Part shown: piece after piece, positions 17,069 through 26,273 of the stretch
Position numbering within the stretch: the first letter of the stretch is position 1
How the letters are laid out: every line of letters starts with the position of its first letter
From: Dehalococcoidia bacterium
GTDB taxonomy: Bacteria > Chloroflexota > Dehalococcoidia > UBA2979
DNA: 64,000 nt
Direction: 5' to 3'
Assembly (NCBI GenBank): GCA_965249675.1
Contig: OZ252250.1
Span: 2,823,687-2,887,686, forward strand
The notes under the pieces: model-generated
What the model saw: only the letters and a program-made list of their open reading frames with translations
Told to the model about the DNA's origin: nothing
The model's database searches: none
Program-made: the position numbers and the translations under genes

Positions 17069-19138
17069 CTAGAGGAAGAGCGGCCCGAACACGACCGCGA
17101 CGATTGACATCAGCTTGAGGAGGATGTTGAGCGACGGGCCAGAGGTGTCCTTGAAGGGATCGCCGACGGTGTCACCGACGACGGCAGCGAAGTGCGACTC
17201 TGAGCCCTTGCCACCGTGGTGGCCGGCCTCGATGTACTTCTTCGCGTTGTCCCAGGCACCGCCAGCATTGGCCATCATCAGGGCCAGCACGGCACCTGAG
17301 GCGATCGAGCCGGCGAGCAGGCCACCGAGGGCGTTCGCACCGAGCACGATACCGACCACGATCGGGGCCAGAACGGCGATCCCGCCGGGGAGCAGCATCT
17401 CCCTGAGTGCACCGTCGGTGGCAATCGAGATCGCCTGCGTGTGGTCGGGATCCTCGCTTCCGTCCATGATCCCGGGGTGTTCGCGGAACTGGCGGCGCAC
17501 CTCATTGACCATGGCCTGAGCGGCGCGGCCGACCGCGCCCATCGTCAGCGCCCCGAAGACGAACGGCATCAGACCGCCGAGCAGAAGGCCGAGCAGGACG
17601 GGGACCTCGAGCAGGTCGAAGCTCTTGATGCCGACCACCTGCGAGTAGGTGACGAGCAGGGCCAGTGACGTCAAGACGGCCGAGCCGATCGCGAAGCCCT
17701 TGCCCGTTGCCGCCGTGGTGTTCCCGAGACTGTCGAGAGCGTCTGTCCGTTCCCGCACCTCGGCCGGCAGCCCGGCCTGCTCGGCGATGCCGCCGGCGTT
17801 GTCTGCAACCGGTCCGTAGGCGTCTGTGGCGAGCGTGATGCCGAGCGGCGCCAGCATCCCGACGGCCGCGAGCGCGATGCCGTAGAGGCCGGCCAGCTCG
17901 TAGGTGCCCCAGATGGCGACGACGATCGCGAGCATCGGGACGGCGGTCGAGAGCATACCCAGGCTGAGGCCGCCGATGATCAGGGTCCCGGCCCCGGTCT
18001 CGGCCTGTTCGGCCAGCTTCTGGGTCGGTGAGAATTCGTAGGCGGTGTAATACTCGGTGACGGTGCCGATCACCTGTCCGGCAACGAGGCCGATCAGGAC
18101 GGCCCAGAAGAGCTTGAACTCGAGATCCATCGCGACGATCGCGATCGCGGTACCGACCAGCACGAGCGCGCTTGCTCCGAAGATGCCGGTCCTGAGCGCC
18201 CAGAGGAGCCGTCCCATGTCGGCGTTCTCGCCGGTGCGCACGAGGAAGGTGCCGATAATCGAGGCAATGATGCCGATGCCCATCACCAGGATCGGGAGCA
18301 CGAACGCCTTGGAACTGTAGCTAGCGACATCTCCGGCCTCAAAGACCGGGTTGTCGCCGCCGAACGCCACGGCTGCGGTCGCGCCGAGCGCGATGGTGGC
18401 GACGATCGAGCCGCTGTACGACTCGAAGAGGTCGGCCCCCATGCCTGCCACATCGCCGACGTTGTCGCCGACATTGTCGGCGATCGTGGCCGGGTTGCGG
18501 GGATCGTCTTCGGGGATCCCGGCCTCGATCTTGCCGACGAGGTCGGCGCCGACGTCGGCCGCCTTCGTGTAGATGCCGCCGCCCACACGGGCAAAGAGTG
18601 CGATCGACGAGGCACCGAAGGCGAAGCCGGTGAGCGGAGTGACGTTCTGGAAGATGAGGTAGATGATCGTGATGCAGATCAGGCTGAGGCCGGTCACCGT
18701 CATGCCCATCACCGACCCTGAGGAGAAGGCAACCCGGAGCGCCGGGTTCAGACCCTCGCGCGCCTTAGCTGCCGTGCGCACGTTCGCGCGGACGGCCACA
18801 TACATGCCGACGTAGCCGGCCGTTGCCGAAGCGATCGCCCCGACCACGTAGGAGACGGCCGTTCGTGGTAGGCCGGTGAGTTCGCCTCCGGCCTCCCCGA
18901 ACTTGTCGAGCGCGTCGTAGTCGACGAGGACCGCGAGGACGACCGCAACGACTACAACGAAGGCGGCGAGGAAGGTATATTCCCTGCGAAGGAAAGCCGC
19001 CGCCCCCTCCTGGATCGACACCCCGATGCTGCGCATCGCGTCGGTGCCCTCACCCTCTGCCATCAGCTGCCGGGTCGTGATCAGCGCGAACACGAGCCCG
19101 ATCGCACCTGCGACCAGCGCTGAGTACAGAATTTCCAT
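17069..19138 (-). CDS. hppA: Membrane-bound K+-dependent (probably Na+-translocating) pyrophosphatase
   Basis: GGGIYTKAADVGADLVGKIE, EDDPRN, DNVGDNVGD, GNTTAA (Ala = K+-dependent), DLFES, GDTVGDPFKDTSGP. Confidence 0.96.
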   Translation of the reverse strand: MEILYSALVAGAIGLVFALITTRQLMAEGEGTDAMRSIGVSIQEGAAAFLRREYTFLAAFVVVVAVVLAVLVDYDALDKFGEAGGELTGLPRTAVSYVVGAIASATAGYVGMYVAVRANVRTAAKAREGLNPALRVAFSSGSVMGMTVTGLSLICITIIYLIFQNVTPLTGFAFGASSIALFARVGGGIYTKAADVGADLVGKIEAGIPEDDPRNPATIADNVGDNVGDVAGMGADLFESYSGSIVATIALGATAAVAFGGDNPVFEAGDVASYSSKAFVLPILVMGIGIIASIIGTFLVRTGENADMGRLLWALRTGIFGASALVLVGTAIAIVAMDLEFKLFWAVLIGLVAGQVIGTVTEYYTAYEFSPTQKLAEQAETGAGTLIIGGLSLGMLSTAVPMLAIVVAIWGTYELAGLYGIALAAVGMLAPLGITLATDAYGPVADNAGGIAEQAGLPAEVRERTDALDSLGNTTAATGKGFAIGSAVLTSLALLVTYSQVVGIKSFDLLEVPVLLGLLLGGLMPFVFGALTMGAVGRAAQAMVNEVRRQFREHPGIMDGSEDPDHTQAISIATDGALREMLLPGGIAVLAPIVVGIVLGANALGGLLAGSIASGAVLALMMANAGGAWDNAKKYIEAGHHGGKGSESHFAAVVGDTVGDPFKDTSGPSLNILLKLMSIVAVVFGPLFL

Positions 19139-19200
19139 TGCTGCTTGCCTCCCTGGAGCTGGCGGCTCTCTCCACGCCCACCGTCGGCTCGCCGGGCGGC

Positions 19201-19245
19201 AGCTTAGCATCCGGCCGGGATAGGGGCATCACAAACTCGTCACAA
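19201..19245 (-). promoter_or_regulatory. hppA promoter: -10 TAAGCT plus 11-bp-period direct repeat
   Basis: TCACAA at 19229-19234 and 19240-19245 (plus strand), at or just upstream of the expected -35. Confidence 0.4.
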
Positions 19246-19321
19246 CCGCCCGCCCACGCCGGTCTCGACGAGACGTCTCCGGACCGCGACGCTTGAGGGC
19301 GCCCTCGAGCCGCGGCTCCGC

Positions 19322-19657
19322 TCAGATGTCGGCGATCTCGTCTGGGAGCTCGCCATCCCTGGCGGCGTCGATCATCTCCCGGGTCTCAGACGGGACATCC
19401 ATCCCGTAGTCTGCGAACCGCTTCTCCACCCAGCGGCCGATCTGCCGTGGGTCACTGATCGCACCGCCTGGTTCGGGCATACCGAGCTCGTCCATCACCT
19501 GGCCAGCGCTCTTGACACGGGAGAGCCTCGACATCAACCGCTTGAGGTTGACGCCGCCGCAGTTGGAGCAGGCGGACGGCGGATCGGTGTGGCGAGAGCG
19601 GAGGAAGACCGAGGTCAGTTCGCGGCAGTCCCCGCAGCGGTACTCGTAGATCGGCAC
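19322..19657 (-). CDS. FmdB-family zinc-ribbon protein (copy 2)
   Basis: MPIYEYRCGDC...CSNCG; GTG start overlaps upstream stop (TAGTG). Confidence 0.88.
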   Translation of the reverse strand: MPIYEYRCGDCRELTSVFLRSRHTDPPSACSNCGGVNLKRLMSRLSRVKSAGQVMDELGMPEPGGAISDPRQIGRWVEKRFADYGMDVPSETREMIDAARDGELPDEIADI

Positions 19658-20064
19658 TAGTCGCTGACGGCCTCTCCGGCCGCCTCCTCGCGCTTCTTGT
19701 TGACGCGGTAGCGCAAGGTATGCGCCGGGTCGACCCGCTCGATCGGGTCCTCTCCGGCGTCCGTCCGGTCCGCCATGTCGCGGAAGTCGGCGCCCAGGTC
19801 ATCGCCGAGCTCCTCGCCCATGCGACGGGTCCAGCGAGCGAAGTCACCCTCGCCCTTGCCATCGAGGCGCCCGAGCTGCTGGTCGATGTCCAGGTCGTCG
19901 AGCCTTTGAACGTCGGAGCGGATGTGCGCCACACGGGAAATCACCCGCACCAGGGCCGAGCCGCCGCACTCCGGACAGCTGGGCTCTGAGACCTGTGCAA
20001 TCGACCGGAAGAAGACGTCGACACGCCGCTGGCAATCCTGACAGTCGTACTGGTAGATCGGCAT
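19657..20064 (-). CDS. FmdB-family zinc-ribbon protein (copy 1)
   Basis: MPIYQYDCQDC...CPECGGS; acidic C-terminal domain. Confidence 0.88.
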   Translation of the reverse strand: MPIYQYDCQDCQRRVDVFFRSIAQVSEPSCPECGGSALVRVISRVAHIRSDVQRLDDLDIDQQLGRLDGKGEGDFARWTRRMGEELGDDLGADFRDMADRTDAGEDPIERVDPAHTLRYRVNKKREEAAGEAVSD

Positions 20065-20284
20065 CGTGACACCAGTCTAGGCGGCGCCGCCGCTCACCGG
20101 CCAGCCCGGAACGGCCTCGCGGGGCACCGGCCCGCATCGCTCCGACCAGCCTCAGCGGACAGGCTCGGCACCCCCGTAGCGGAGAGTGATACATTTGATC
20201 CTCGCAACCGAGTATCCAGCGGCCTCCGGGTGCCACACGCGCCGTATGGGGCTGTGTTCAGGACAGCCGAGGGATCGCTACTGC

Positions 20285-21157
20285 ATGGCCGCTTCTACCA
20301 AGCCGCGCGAAGACTACATCGAGGCCAACGGGCTTCGTTTCCACTACCGCGAATGGGGCGAGAACCGCAGTAAGCACACCCTGCTGCTACTGCACGGCTA
20401 CGCTGAGACCAGTGATGTCTGGCTGGAGGTCGCACCCGATCTCGGCCGGGAGTTCCACGTCATCGCCCTCGACGCCCGGGGACACGGTCGCAGCAGCTAC
20501 GCGCCGAACCAGGACTACAGTCGCACCGCCCAGGTCGAGGACGTCGAGGCGGCGACCGAGCAGCTGGGCCTGGGCTCGGTGACCGTGGTCGGGCATGCGA
20601 TGGGCGGAGCCAACGCGATCTGTTACGCCGCCGAGCACCCGGAGTCGGTCTCGGCACTGGTGCTGGTCGAGGCGGCACCTGAGGTGCTGCGGTCGGGGAT
20701 CGAGTCCCTGAGGCGACTCCTGGCCGCCGCCGAGCGATTCGAGTCCGTCGAAGATGCGATCGAGATGTTCCGCGACTTCTATCCCTACGCCAGCAGCGAG
20801 CAGCTCGAGCGTCGCGTTGAGGGCTCGCTACGCAGCGAGAACGAGCACTACGTCTGGGACTTCGATCCGATCTTCCGCGACCCGACGGCTCGGCCCATCG
20901 AGCCCGATCCCGGGCAGCGCCGCTTCAACGATCTGTGGGAGTCGGCGGACCGCCTGCAGTGCCCGATGATGATCATCCGCGGCTCAGAGACCGACATGCT
21001 CACGCCCGAGGCGATCCAGAGGCTCCACCGTCGCGTGATCGGCTCCCGCGTCTCGCTGATTGAGGAGGCCGGGCACGCGCTGCCGACCGACCAGCCGGCG
21101 ATGCTTGCGCTCAATATCCGCGAGTTCCTCCAGAGCATCACGAATCTCCCGATCTGA
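20285..21157 (+). CDS. Alpha/beta-hydrolase fold protein with Ala at the nucleophile position
   Basis: LLHG, LDARGHGRS, VGHAMGG, GSETD, EAGH. Confidence 0.88.
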   Translation: MAASTKPREDYIEANGLRFHYREWGENRSKHTLLLLHGYAETSDVWLEVAPDLGREFHVIALDARGHGRSSYAPNQDYSRTAQVEDVEAATEQLGLGSVTVVGHAMGGANAICYAAEHPESVSALVLVEAAPEVLRSGIESLRRLLAAAERFESVEDAIEMFRDFYPYASSEQLERRVEGSLRSENEHYVWDFDPIFRDPTARPIEPDPGQRRFNDLWESADRLQCPMMIIRGSETDMLTPEAIQRLHRRVIGSRVSLIEEAGHALPTDQPAMLALNIREFLQSITNLPI

Positions 21158-21239
21158 GCAGCAACCCTCGCGCGCAGCCGGGCGCCCGCAGCGGCGCCTG
21201 CTGCAGGTAGCATTGGCTGGCGAACCGGAAGGGGACCCG

Positions 21240-22481
21240 ATGACCCGGACCCTGCATCGCGCGCTGATCACCGGCCTCGGCGCGGTGACTCCGATCGGCA
21301 ACGACGTCGAGTCCTACTGGGACGGTCTGCAGAGCGGGCGCAACGGCATCGACCGGGTTGCCGAGTTTGACCCGACCGACCTGATCGTCCAGATCGCTGG
21401 CGAGGTTAAAGGCTTCGATATCTCCCCCTACCTCGACCGCAAGGTGGCGCGCCGCACCGGCCGTTTCGCGCAATTCGCAACCGCCGCCGCGATGCAGGCG
21501 ATGACGGACAGTGGGATCGAAATCGGCCCGGACAACCGCGATCGAATCGGCGCCGTCATCGCCACGAGCGGCGACGCCTTCAGCATGGGCCCGCAATGGG
21601 ACATCTATACGGCCCGCGGATCGGCCAAGGTCGATCCCTTCATCATCACCAGGATGGGCCAGCACATGGCTGCGGCGCGGGTCGCCCGTGAGCTCGGCCT
21701 GCGCGGGCCGAACACGACAATCAACACCGCCTGCGCCTCTGGCACCGACGCCCTCGGCCACGCGCTCAGCATGGTCCGGCTCGGCCATGCCGATGCGGTG
21801 CTGACGGGTGGCGCGGAGGCCATGGTCACCCCGCTCGCCCTCTCCTCGATGGGTCGACTCGGCGCGCTCTCCAAGAACAACGTGGATCCCGAGCACGCCT
21901 CTCGCCCCTTTGACCTCGAGCGCGACGGCTTCGTCCTCGGCGAGGGCGCGGGCGTCCTCATGGTCGAATCGGAGGAGTTCGCCCGGGCCCGCGGTGCCCG
22001 CGTCTATGCCGAACTCGTCGGCGTCGGCTGGTCTTTCGACGCGACCGACGACACGGCCCCAGACCCTGAGGGGCAGGCGCTGGCGATCACGCGCGCCATG
22101 TCCGATGCCGAGATGACTCCCGGGCAGATCGACTACATCAACGCCCACGGCACCAGCACGCAGTACAACGATCGCACCGAGACGAGGGCGATCAAGATCG
22201 CCCTCGGCGAGCATGCCTACGACGTGCCGCTCTCATCGACCAAGTCGATGACGGGACATCTCGCCGCCGCTGCGGGTGGGATTGAGGCGGTGGCCTCGGT
22301 CCTGGCTCTCACCTACGGCCGCATTCCCCCGACCATCAACCACGAGACGCCGGATCCCGACTGTGACCTCGACATCACGCCCAACCAGGCCCGCGACCTC
22401 GACATCAACGCCGTGCTGTCGAATTCGTTCGGTCTCGGAGGCCAGAACGCGGCGGCGATCTTCCGCCGCTATCAGGGGTAG
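21240..22481 (+). CDS. fabF: 3-oxoacyl-ACP synthase II
   Basis: ITGLGAVTPIG, TACASG, NAHGTST, KSMTGH, SNSFGLGG (Cys-His-His triad). Confidence 0.93.
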   Translation: MTRTLHRALITGLGAVTPIGNDVESYWDGLQSGRNGIDRVAEFDPTDLIVQIAGEVKGFDISPYLDRKVARRTGRFAQFATAAAMQAMTDSGIEIGPDNRDRIGAVIATSGDAFSMGPQWDIYTARGSAKVDPFIITRMGQHMAAARVARELGLRGPNTTINTACASGTDALGHALSMVRLGHADAVLTGGAEAMVTPLALSSMGRLGALSKNNVDPEHASRPFDLERDGFVLGEGAGVLMVESEEFARARGARVYAELVGVGWSFDATDDTAPDPEGQALAITRAMSDAEMTPGQIDYINAHGTSTQYNDRTETRAIKIALGEHAYDVPLSSTKSMTGHLAAAAGGIEAVASVLALTYGRIPPTINHETPDPDCDLDITPNQARDLDINAVLSNSFGLGGQNAAAIFRRYQG

Positions 22482-22948
22482 CCCTCAGCCCGCGCCTCTC
22501 CCGCAGCCTCATCCGCCGGGGCCCAAGATCCCCCGGGATGGGCCGCCAGGATCGAGAGTGAGCCGCTCCAGCGATCGCCCTCGACCTCGAGCTGGCAACC
22601 GAGCCGAGCGCCCGCGGCTAGGCCGGGGAGGGTTGATTCCTCAACTGAGAACGCCAGCTCGACGAGCGCGTGACCGGTCTCCCGGTCTTCGCTGGCGTTG
22701 CCCTCCTCAAGAAGGGCGACGACCTCGGATCCATCACGGTGGCCGATCGCCACGTCCCCTTCGACGAGCGGCACCGCTCCGTCCCGCCCGAGCCGCCAGG
22801 CGAGCGAGAGCGTGACCTCCCAGCCCGGGGCCCCGGATGCGCCCGCCCCGTCCAGTGCCAGCTGCATGCTGCCGTTCAACAGTTCGGCGCGCTCGGAGAC
22901 CTCGCCCGCGAGTGTGGCCGGGAGCTGGAGCTCGTGACAGTCCGACAT
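22472..22948 (-). CDS. Hypothetical protein (acidic, beta-strand-like pattern), probably leaderless
   Basis: 158-aa ORF with GC3-biased codons; TAGCCT 6 nt before ATG. Confidence 0.6.
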   Translation of the reverse strand: MSDCHELQLPATLAGEVSERAELLNGSMQLALDGAGASGAPGWEVTLSLAWRLGRDGAVPLVEGDVAIGHRDGSEVVALLEEGNASEDRETGHALVELAFSVEESTLPGLAAGARLGCQLEVEGDRWSGSLSILAAHPGGSWAPADEAAGEARAEGYP

Positions 22949-23052
22949 CGCTCGAGGCTAGCGGCGAGGGGCGGGACTGGGGAAGAGCCGGCGACGGTGG
23001 GCGAACGTCAGGCGCTGTCGCCACTTGGGGACGGGCCGCCTATCATTGACCG

Positions 23053-23286
23053 ATGATTCAGAGAGCCCCCGCATCGGAGCGGCTGGCTGTCGAGTGCCGC
23101 TGGCTCCACCGGACGCTGGACACCGCCGTACGCGACGACCCCTACCGGATGATCTGCCAGCACATCGTGCGCAGCGGCAGCAGCTGTGTCGGTCCGTTCC
23201 TCGAGAACCTCGAGACCGACTGTCAACTGTGGGAACCAAACAAGCGGCTGGCAGCGAGGCTCGGACAGCGGTCGGAGAGTCGCTAG
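23053..23286 (+). CDS. Small four-Cys protein (77 aa), probably leaderless
   Basis: TATCAT at 23041-23046, 6 nt before ATG; C-x19-C-x9-C-x11-C spacing; upstream of thyX. Confidence 0.6.
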   Translation: MIQRAPASERLAVECRWLHRTLDTAVRDDPYRMICQHIVRSGSSCVGPFLENLETDCQLWEPNKRLAARLGQRSESR

Positions 23287-23358
23287 CGACCGGGGCGAGT
23301 CCACCTCGCCGGCCCCACCCGTCGCCGAGCGGGTCGACCCGGCAGGACATGTCGTGAG

Positions 23359-24339
23359 GTGGCGGTCGAGATGATCCCAGAACGCGGCAGCGACGGACCG
23401 CTCAACCCACAACAGATCGCCCAGGTCGCCGAGGCTCGATCGCAGTCGGCGGCAACCCTCAGGCCAACCGTTGAGGCACTCGAGGAGATCCTCTTCGAAC
23501 CGCTCCCCGTCCTCGACCACGGCTTCGTTCGCGTCGTCGACTACATGGGCGACGACGCCGCGATCGTGCAGGCCGCCCGGGTCTCCTACGGCCGCGGCAC
23601 GCGGCGTACGCGCGACGACCGGGGCCTGATCAACTATCTGATACGCAACTGGCACACCTCGCCCTTCGAGATGTGCGAACTCAAGCTGCACGTCAAGCTG
23701 CCGATCTTCGTCGCGCGCCAGTGGATCCGGCACCGAACCGCCAACGTCAACGAGATCTCGGCGCGCTATTCGGTGCTCGAGAACGAGTTCTACGTCCCTG
23801 ATATCGACCAAATCCGCCTGCAGTCGCAGTCCAACCGCCAGGGCAGGGGCGAGCGAGTCGACGTCGAGCAGGCCGAGCGCGTGATCGAACTCCTGCGCAG
23901 CGAGGCGCTCCGCTCCTATCGCAACTACGAGGACCTGCTCGGCAGTGATGCCCCGGCGGCCGACGGGGAACCCGATCCCGAGCGCCCGGCGCTCGCCCGT
24001 GAACTGGCGCGCATCAACCTCTCACTGAGCGTCTACACCGAGTGGTACTGGAAGGTCGATCTCCACAACCTGATGCACTTCCTGCGCCTGCGCGCCGACG
24101 CCCACGCCCAGTTCGAGATCCGCGCCTACGCGGAAGTGATCCACCAGGAGGTGCTGCGTCGCTGGGTGCCGCTCAGCTGCCAGGCCTTCGAGAACCATCG
24201 CCTCGGCGGCGTCCAGCTCTCGGCAGACCAGCTCGCCGTGGTCCGACGAATGGTCCACGGGGAGAAGGTCGAGCGCCAGGGAACCGGGATCAGTCCGGGG
24301 GAATGGCGCGAACTGATGGGAACGCTGGGCCTCGCTTGA
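23359..24339 (+). CDS. thyX: FAD-dependent thymidylate synthase
   Basis: AARVSY, HTSPFE, RHRTANVNEISARY motif, LRADAHAQFEIR. Confidence 0.96.
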   Translation: MAVEMIPERGSDGPLNPQQIAQVAEARSQSAATLRPTVEALEEILFEPLPVLDHGFVRVVDYMGDDAAIVQAARVSYGRGTRRTRDDRGLINYLIRNWHTSPFEMCELKLHVKLPIFVARQWIRHRTANVNEISARYSVLENEFYVPDIDQIRLQSQSNRQGRGERVDVEQAERVIELLRSEALRSYRNYEDLLGSDAPAADGEPDPERPALARELARINLSLSVYTEWYWKVDLHNLMHFLRLRADAHAQFEIRAYAEVIHQEVLRRWVPLSCQAFENHRLGGVQLSADQLAVVRRMVHGEKVERQGTGISPGEWRELMGTLGLA

Positions 24340-24392
24340 GCCGATGCCCGGGCAGGAGCCCGTGGACCCTCGTGCCGCGCGGTGCCGTCCCG

Positions 24393-25757
24393 CTACCGCC
24401 CACTCTCTTGAGCAGCGGCCCCGGCCGTCGGGAAAAAGAGCCGCCGCCGGGCTGCCTCGAGCTCGTCCCGGTGGTCGGGGTGAGCGATCGCAATGAGTTC
24501 CTCAGCACGCTGGCGCTGGCTCTTGCCGGCCAGCCTCGCAACGCCGTACTCGGTCACGACGTAGTCGGCGAATGAACGTGGGATGGTCACAAACGAGCCA
24601 TCGGTGACGAGCGATACGATGCGGCTCCCTGTGCCACCGGCGAAGGAGGAGGGGAGCGCCGTGATCGCCTTCCCGCCGGGAGCGATCACGGCTCCGATAT
24701 GGAACTCGGGCTGGCCGCCCGTCCCGTTGTAGACGACCGCTCCGCGCGACTCCGCGCAGATCTGCCCGGTCAGGTCGACCTGGAAGGCCGTGTTGATGGA
24801 ACACATCTGCTCCTGTCCGGAGATCGCCCGGATCGAGTTCACCTCGCGCACCGGTCGCGTCTCGATCAGGCCGGAGGTCTCCACCCAGTGCTCAGATTCG
24901 GGGGTGGTCGCATTCACCACCGTGGCGACGGCCAGTCCCCGGTCGACCGACTTCCGCCGGGAGTTGACGACGCCGTTCATCATCCAGGGGATGACGTTCT
25001 CGAGGGTGATCTCCGAGTGCCAGCCGAGATCCCGCTTCCCCTCGAACAGACCGAAGGTCGGGAGCGACGTCGTGGTCCGCCCCGCGCCGATCTGGATCGT
25101 GTCGCCGTCCTGGATGATCTGGTTGATGAGCGAGGCGATCGCCTCGCTCTCGGGAGGCGGCCCGGGAAGCTCACGCGTCGGCCGCTCGGGAACCCGGGTC
25201 TCGACGAAGTGTGTGACCTCAGAGACATGCAGACGCTCGGTCGTGCGGCAGCGGGCGAGCCACGGGGCGACCTCCAACACGGCGGTGCGGGCCCGCCTGG
25301 TGAAGTCCCCCTTGTGCCAGGGCGAGGCGCCGAAGTCGACGTAGCCATCCTCATCGGGCGGGGTACACGACGTCGCGAAGACATCGATCGACTGCACCTC
25401 ACCCGGGCGGTGGTCGTAGACGTTGAACTGGTTGGAGAAGAGGTTTGGGGCGTAATCCGCCCGGCGCGACGCGAGGGCGTTGCGTCCCCCCGCGCCGGCG
25501 AAGATCTCAAGCCCGAGATCCAGGTTGGGGACGTCCAGATCGTCCGTGAACCACGGGTGTCCGTGCTGCGGTGAGCAGGCCCGGATCTTGATCGCGCCGG
25601 GGAGGTCGAAGAGGCGCGGCAGCAGGTGGGTGAGAAAGGTGGTCGCCTCGCCGCCGATCGGGGTGTAGACGGCGTCACCGGGCCGGACGAGGGCAGCAGC
25701 CTCGTCGGGCGACAGCAGCCGTTCGCGGTAGATCGCTCGCCAGTCGCTGCCGCTCAT
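24393..25757 (-). CDS. Acetyl-CoA hydrolase / 4-hydroxybutyrate CoA-transferase family protein
   Basis: DGDTIQIG, HSE (catalytic Glu), VDLTGQ, GTGGQ, VVTEYGVA, IAHPDHR. Confidence 0.9.
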   Translation of the reverse strand: MSGSDWRAIYRERLLSPDEAAALVRPGDAVYTPIGGEATTFLTHLLPRLFDLPGAIKIRACSPQHGHPWFTDDLDVPNLDLGLEIFAGAGGRNALASRRADYAPNLFSNQFNVYDHRPGEVQSIDVFATSCTPPDEDGYVDFGASPWHKGDFTRRARTAVLEVAPWLARCRTTERLHVSEVTHFVETRVPERPTRELPGPPPESEAIASLINQIIQDGDTIQIGAGRTTTSLPTFGLFEGKRDLGWHSEITLENVIPWMMNGVVNSRRKSVDRGLAVATVVNATTPESEHWVETSGLIETRPVREVNSIRAISGQEQMCSINTAFQVDLTGQICAESRGAVVYNGTGGQPEFHIGAVIAPGGKAITALPSSFAGGTGSRIVSLVTDGSFVTIPRSFADYVVTEYGVARLAGKSQRQRAEELIAIAHPDHRDELEAARRRLFFPTAGAAAQESGR

Positions 25758-25907
25758 CGCTGCTCCTCGCTGTCGGTCATCGTAAGTGGCCAGCACGCCA
25801 CCGCTCAACTACAGGCCCGGGGCCACCACAGCGCCGCCCGCGCTGGCCTGAAGTTGGGGTCCAGACTACGATCGAGCCCGGTGAGCGCGGAGCGGAGGAT
25901 CTGAGCG

Positions 25908-26219
25908 GTGAGCCTGGACAAGAAGCTGGCCGAAGAGGGTGCTGACTGGATCGCAGAGATGGTCAGCGAGGACCTCGGCGGGTTTGTCCCGGCAGAGTTG
26001 ATCGACCTGATCATGGAACTCGAGGTGACCGTCCGCACGGAGGCGCAGGATCCGGAGATGGATCATCAGACCATGACGAACCGGCTCGTGCCCCTGCTTG
26101 AGCGGGAAGGCGTGCCGATGAAGGAGGGGGCCGTCACGCCCCATCTGATCGGCGAGATCCTCCACTGGGAGGACGAATTCCGTTCGATGGCCGGCAGTCC
26201 CCGTCGGGTACGCGGCTAG
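25908..26219 (+). CDS. Hypothetical protein (103 aa, acidic helical)
   Basis: GGAGG RBS, GC3-biased codons, fills intergenic gap. Confidence 0.7.
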   Translation: MSLDKKLAEEGADWIAEMVSEDLGGFVPAELIDLIMELEVTVRTEAQDPEMDHQTMTNRLVPLLEREGVPMKEGAVTPHLIGEILHWEDEFRSMAGSPRRVRG

Positions 26220-26273
26220 GGCCCGCGGCAGCCAGTTGGCAGGAGGCGGCCACCCGCCGGCAGGCCCTGACGC

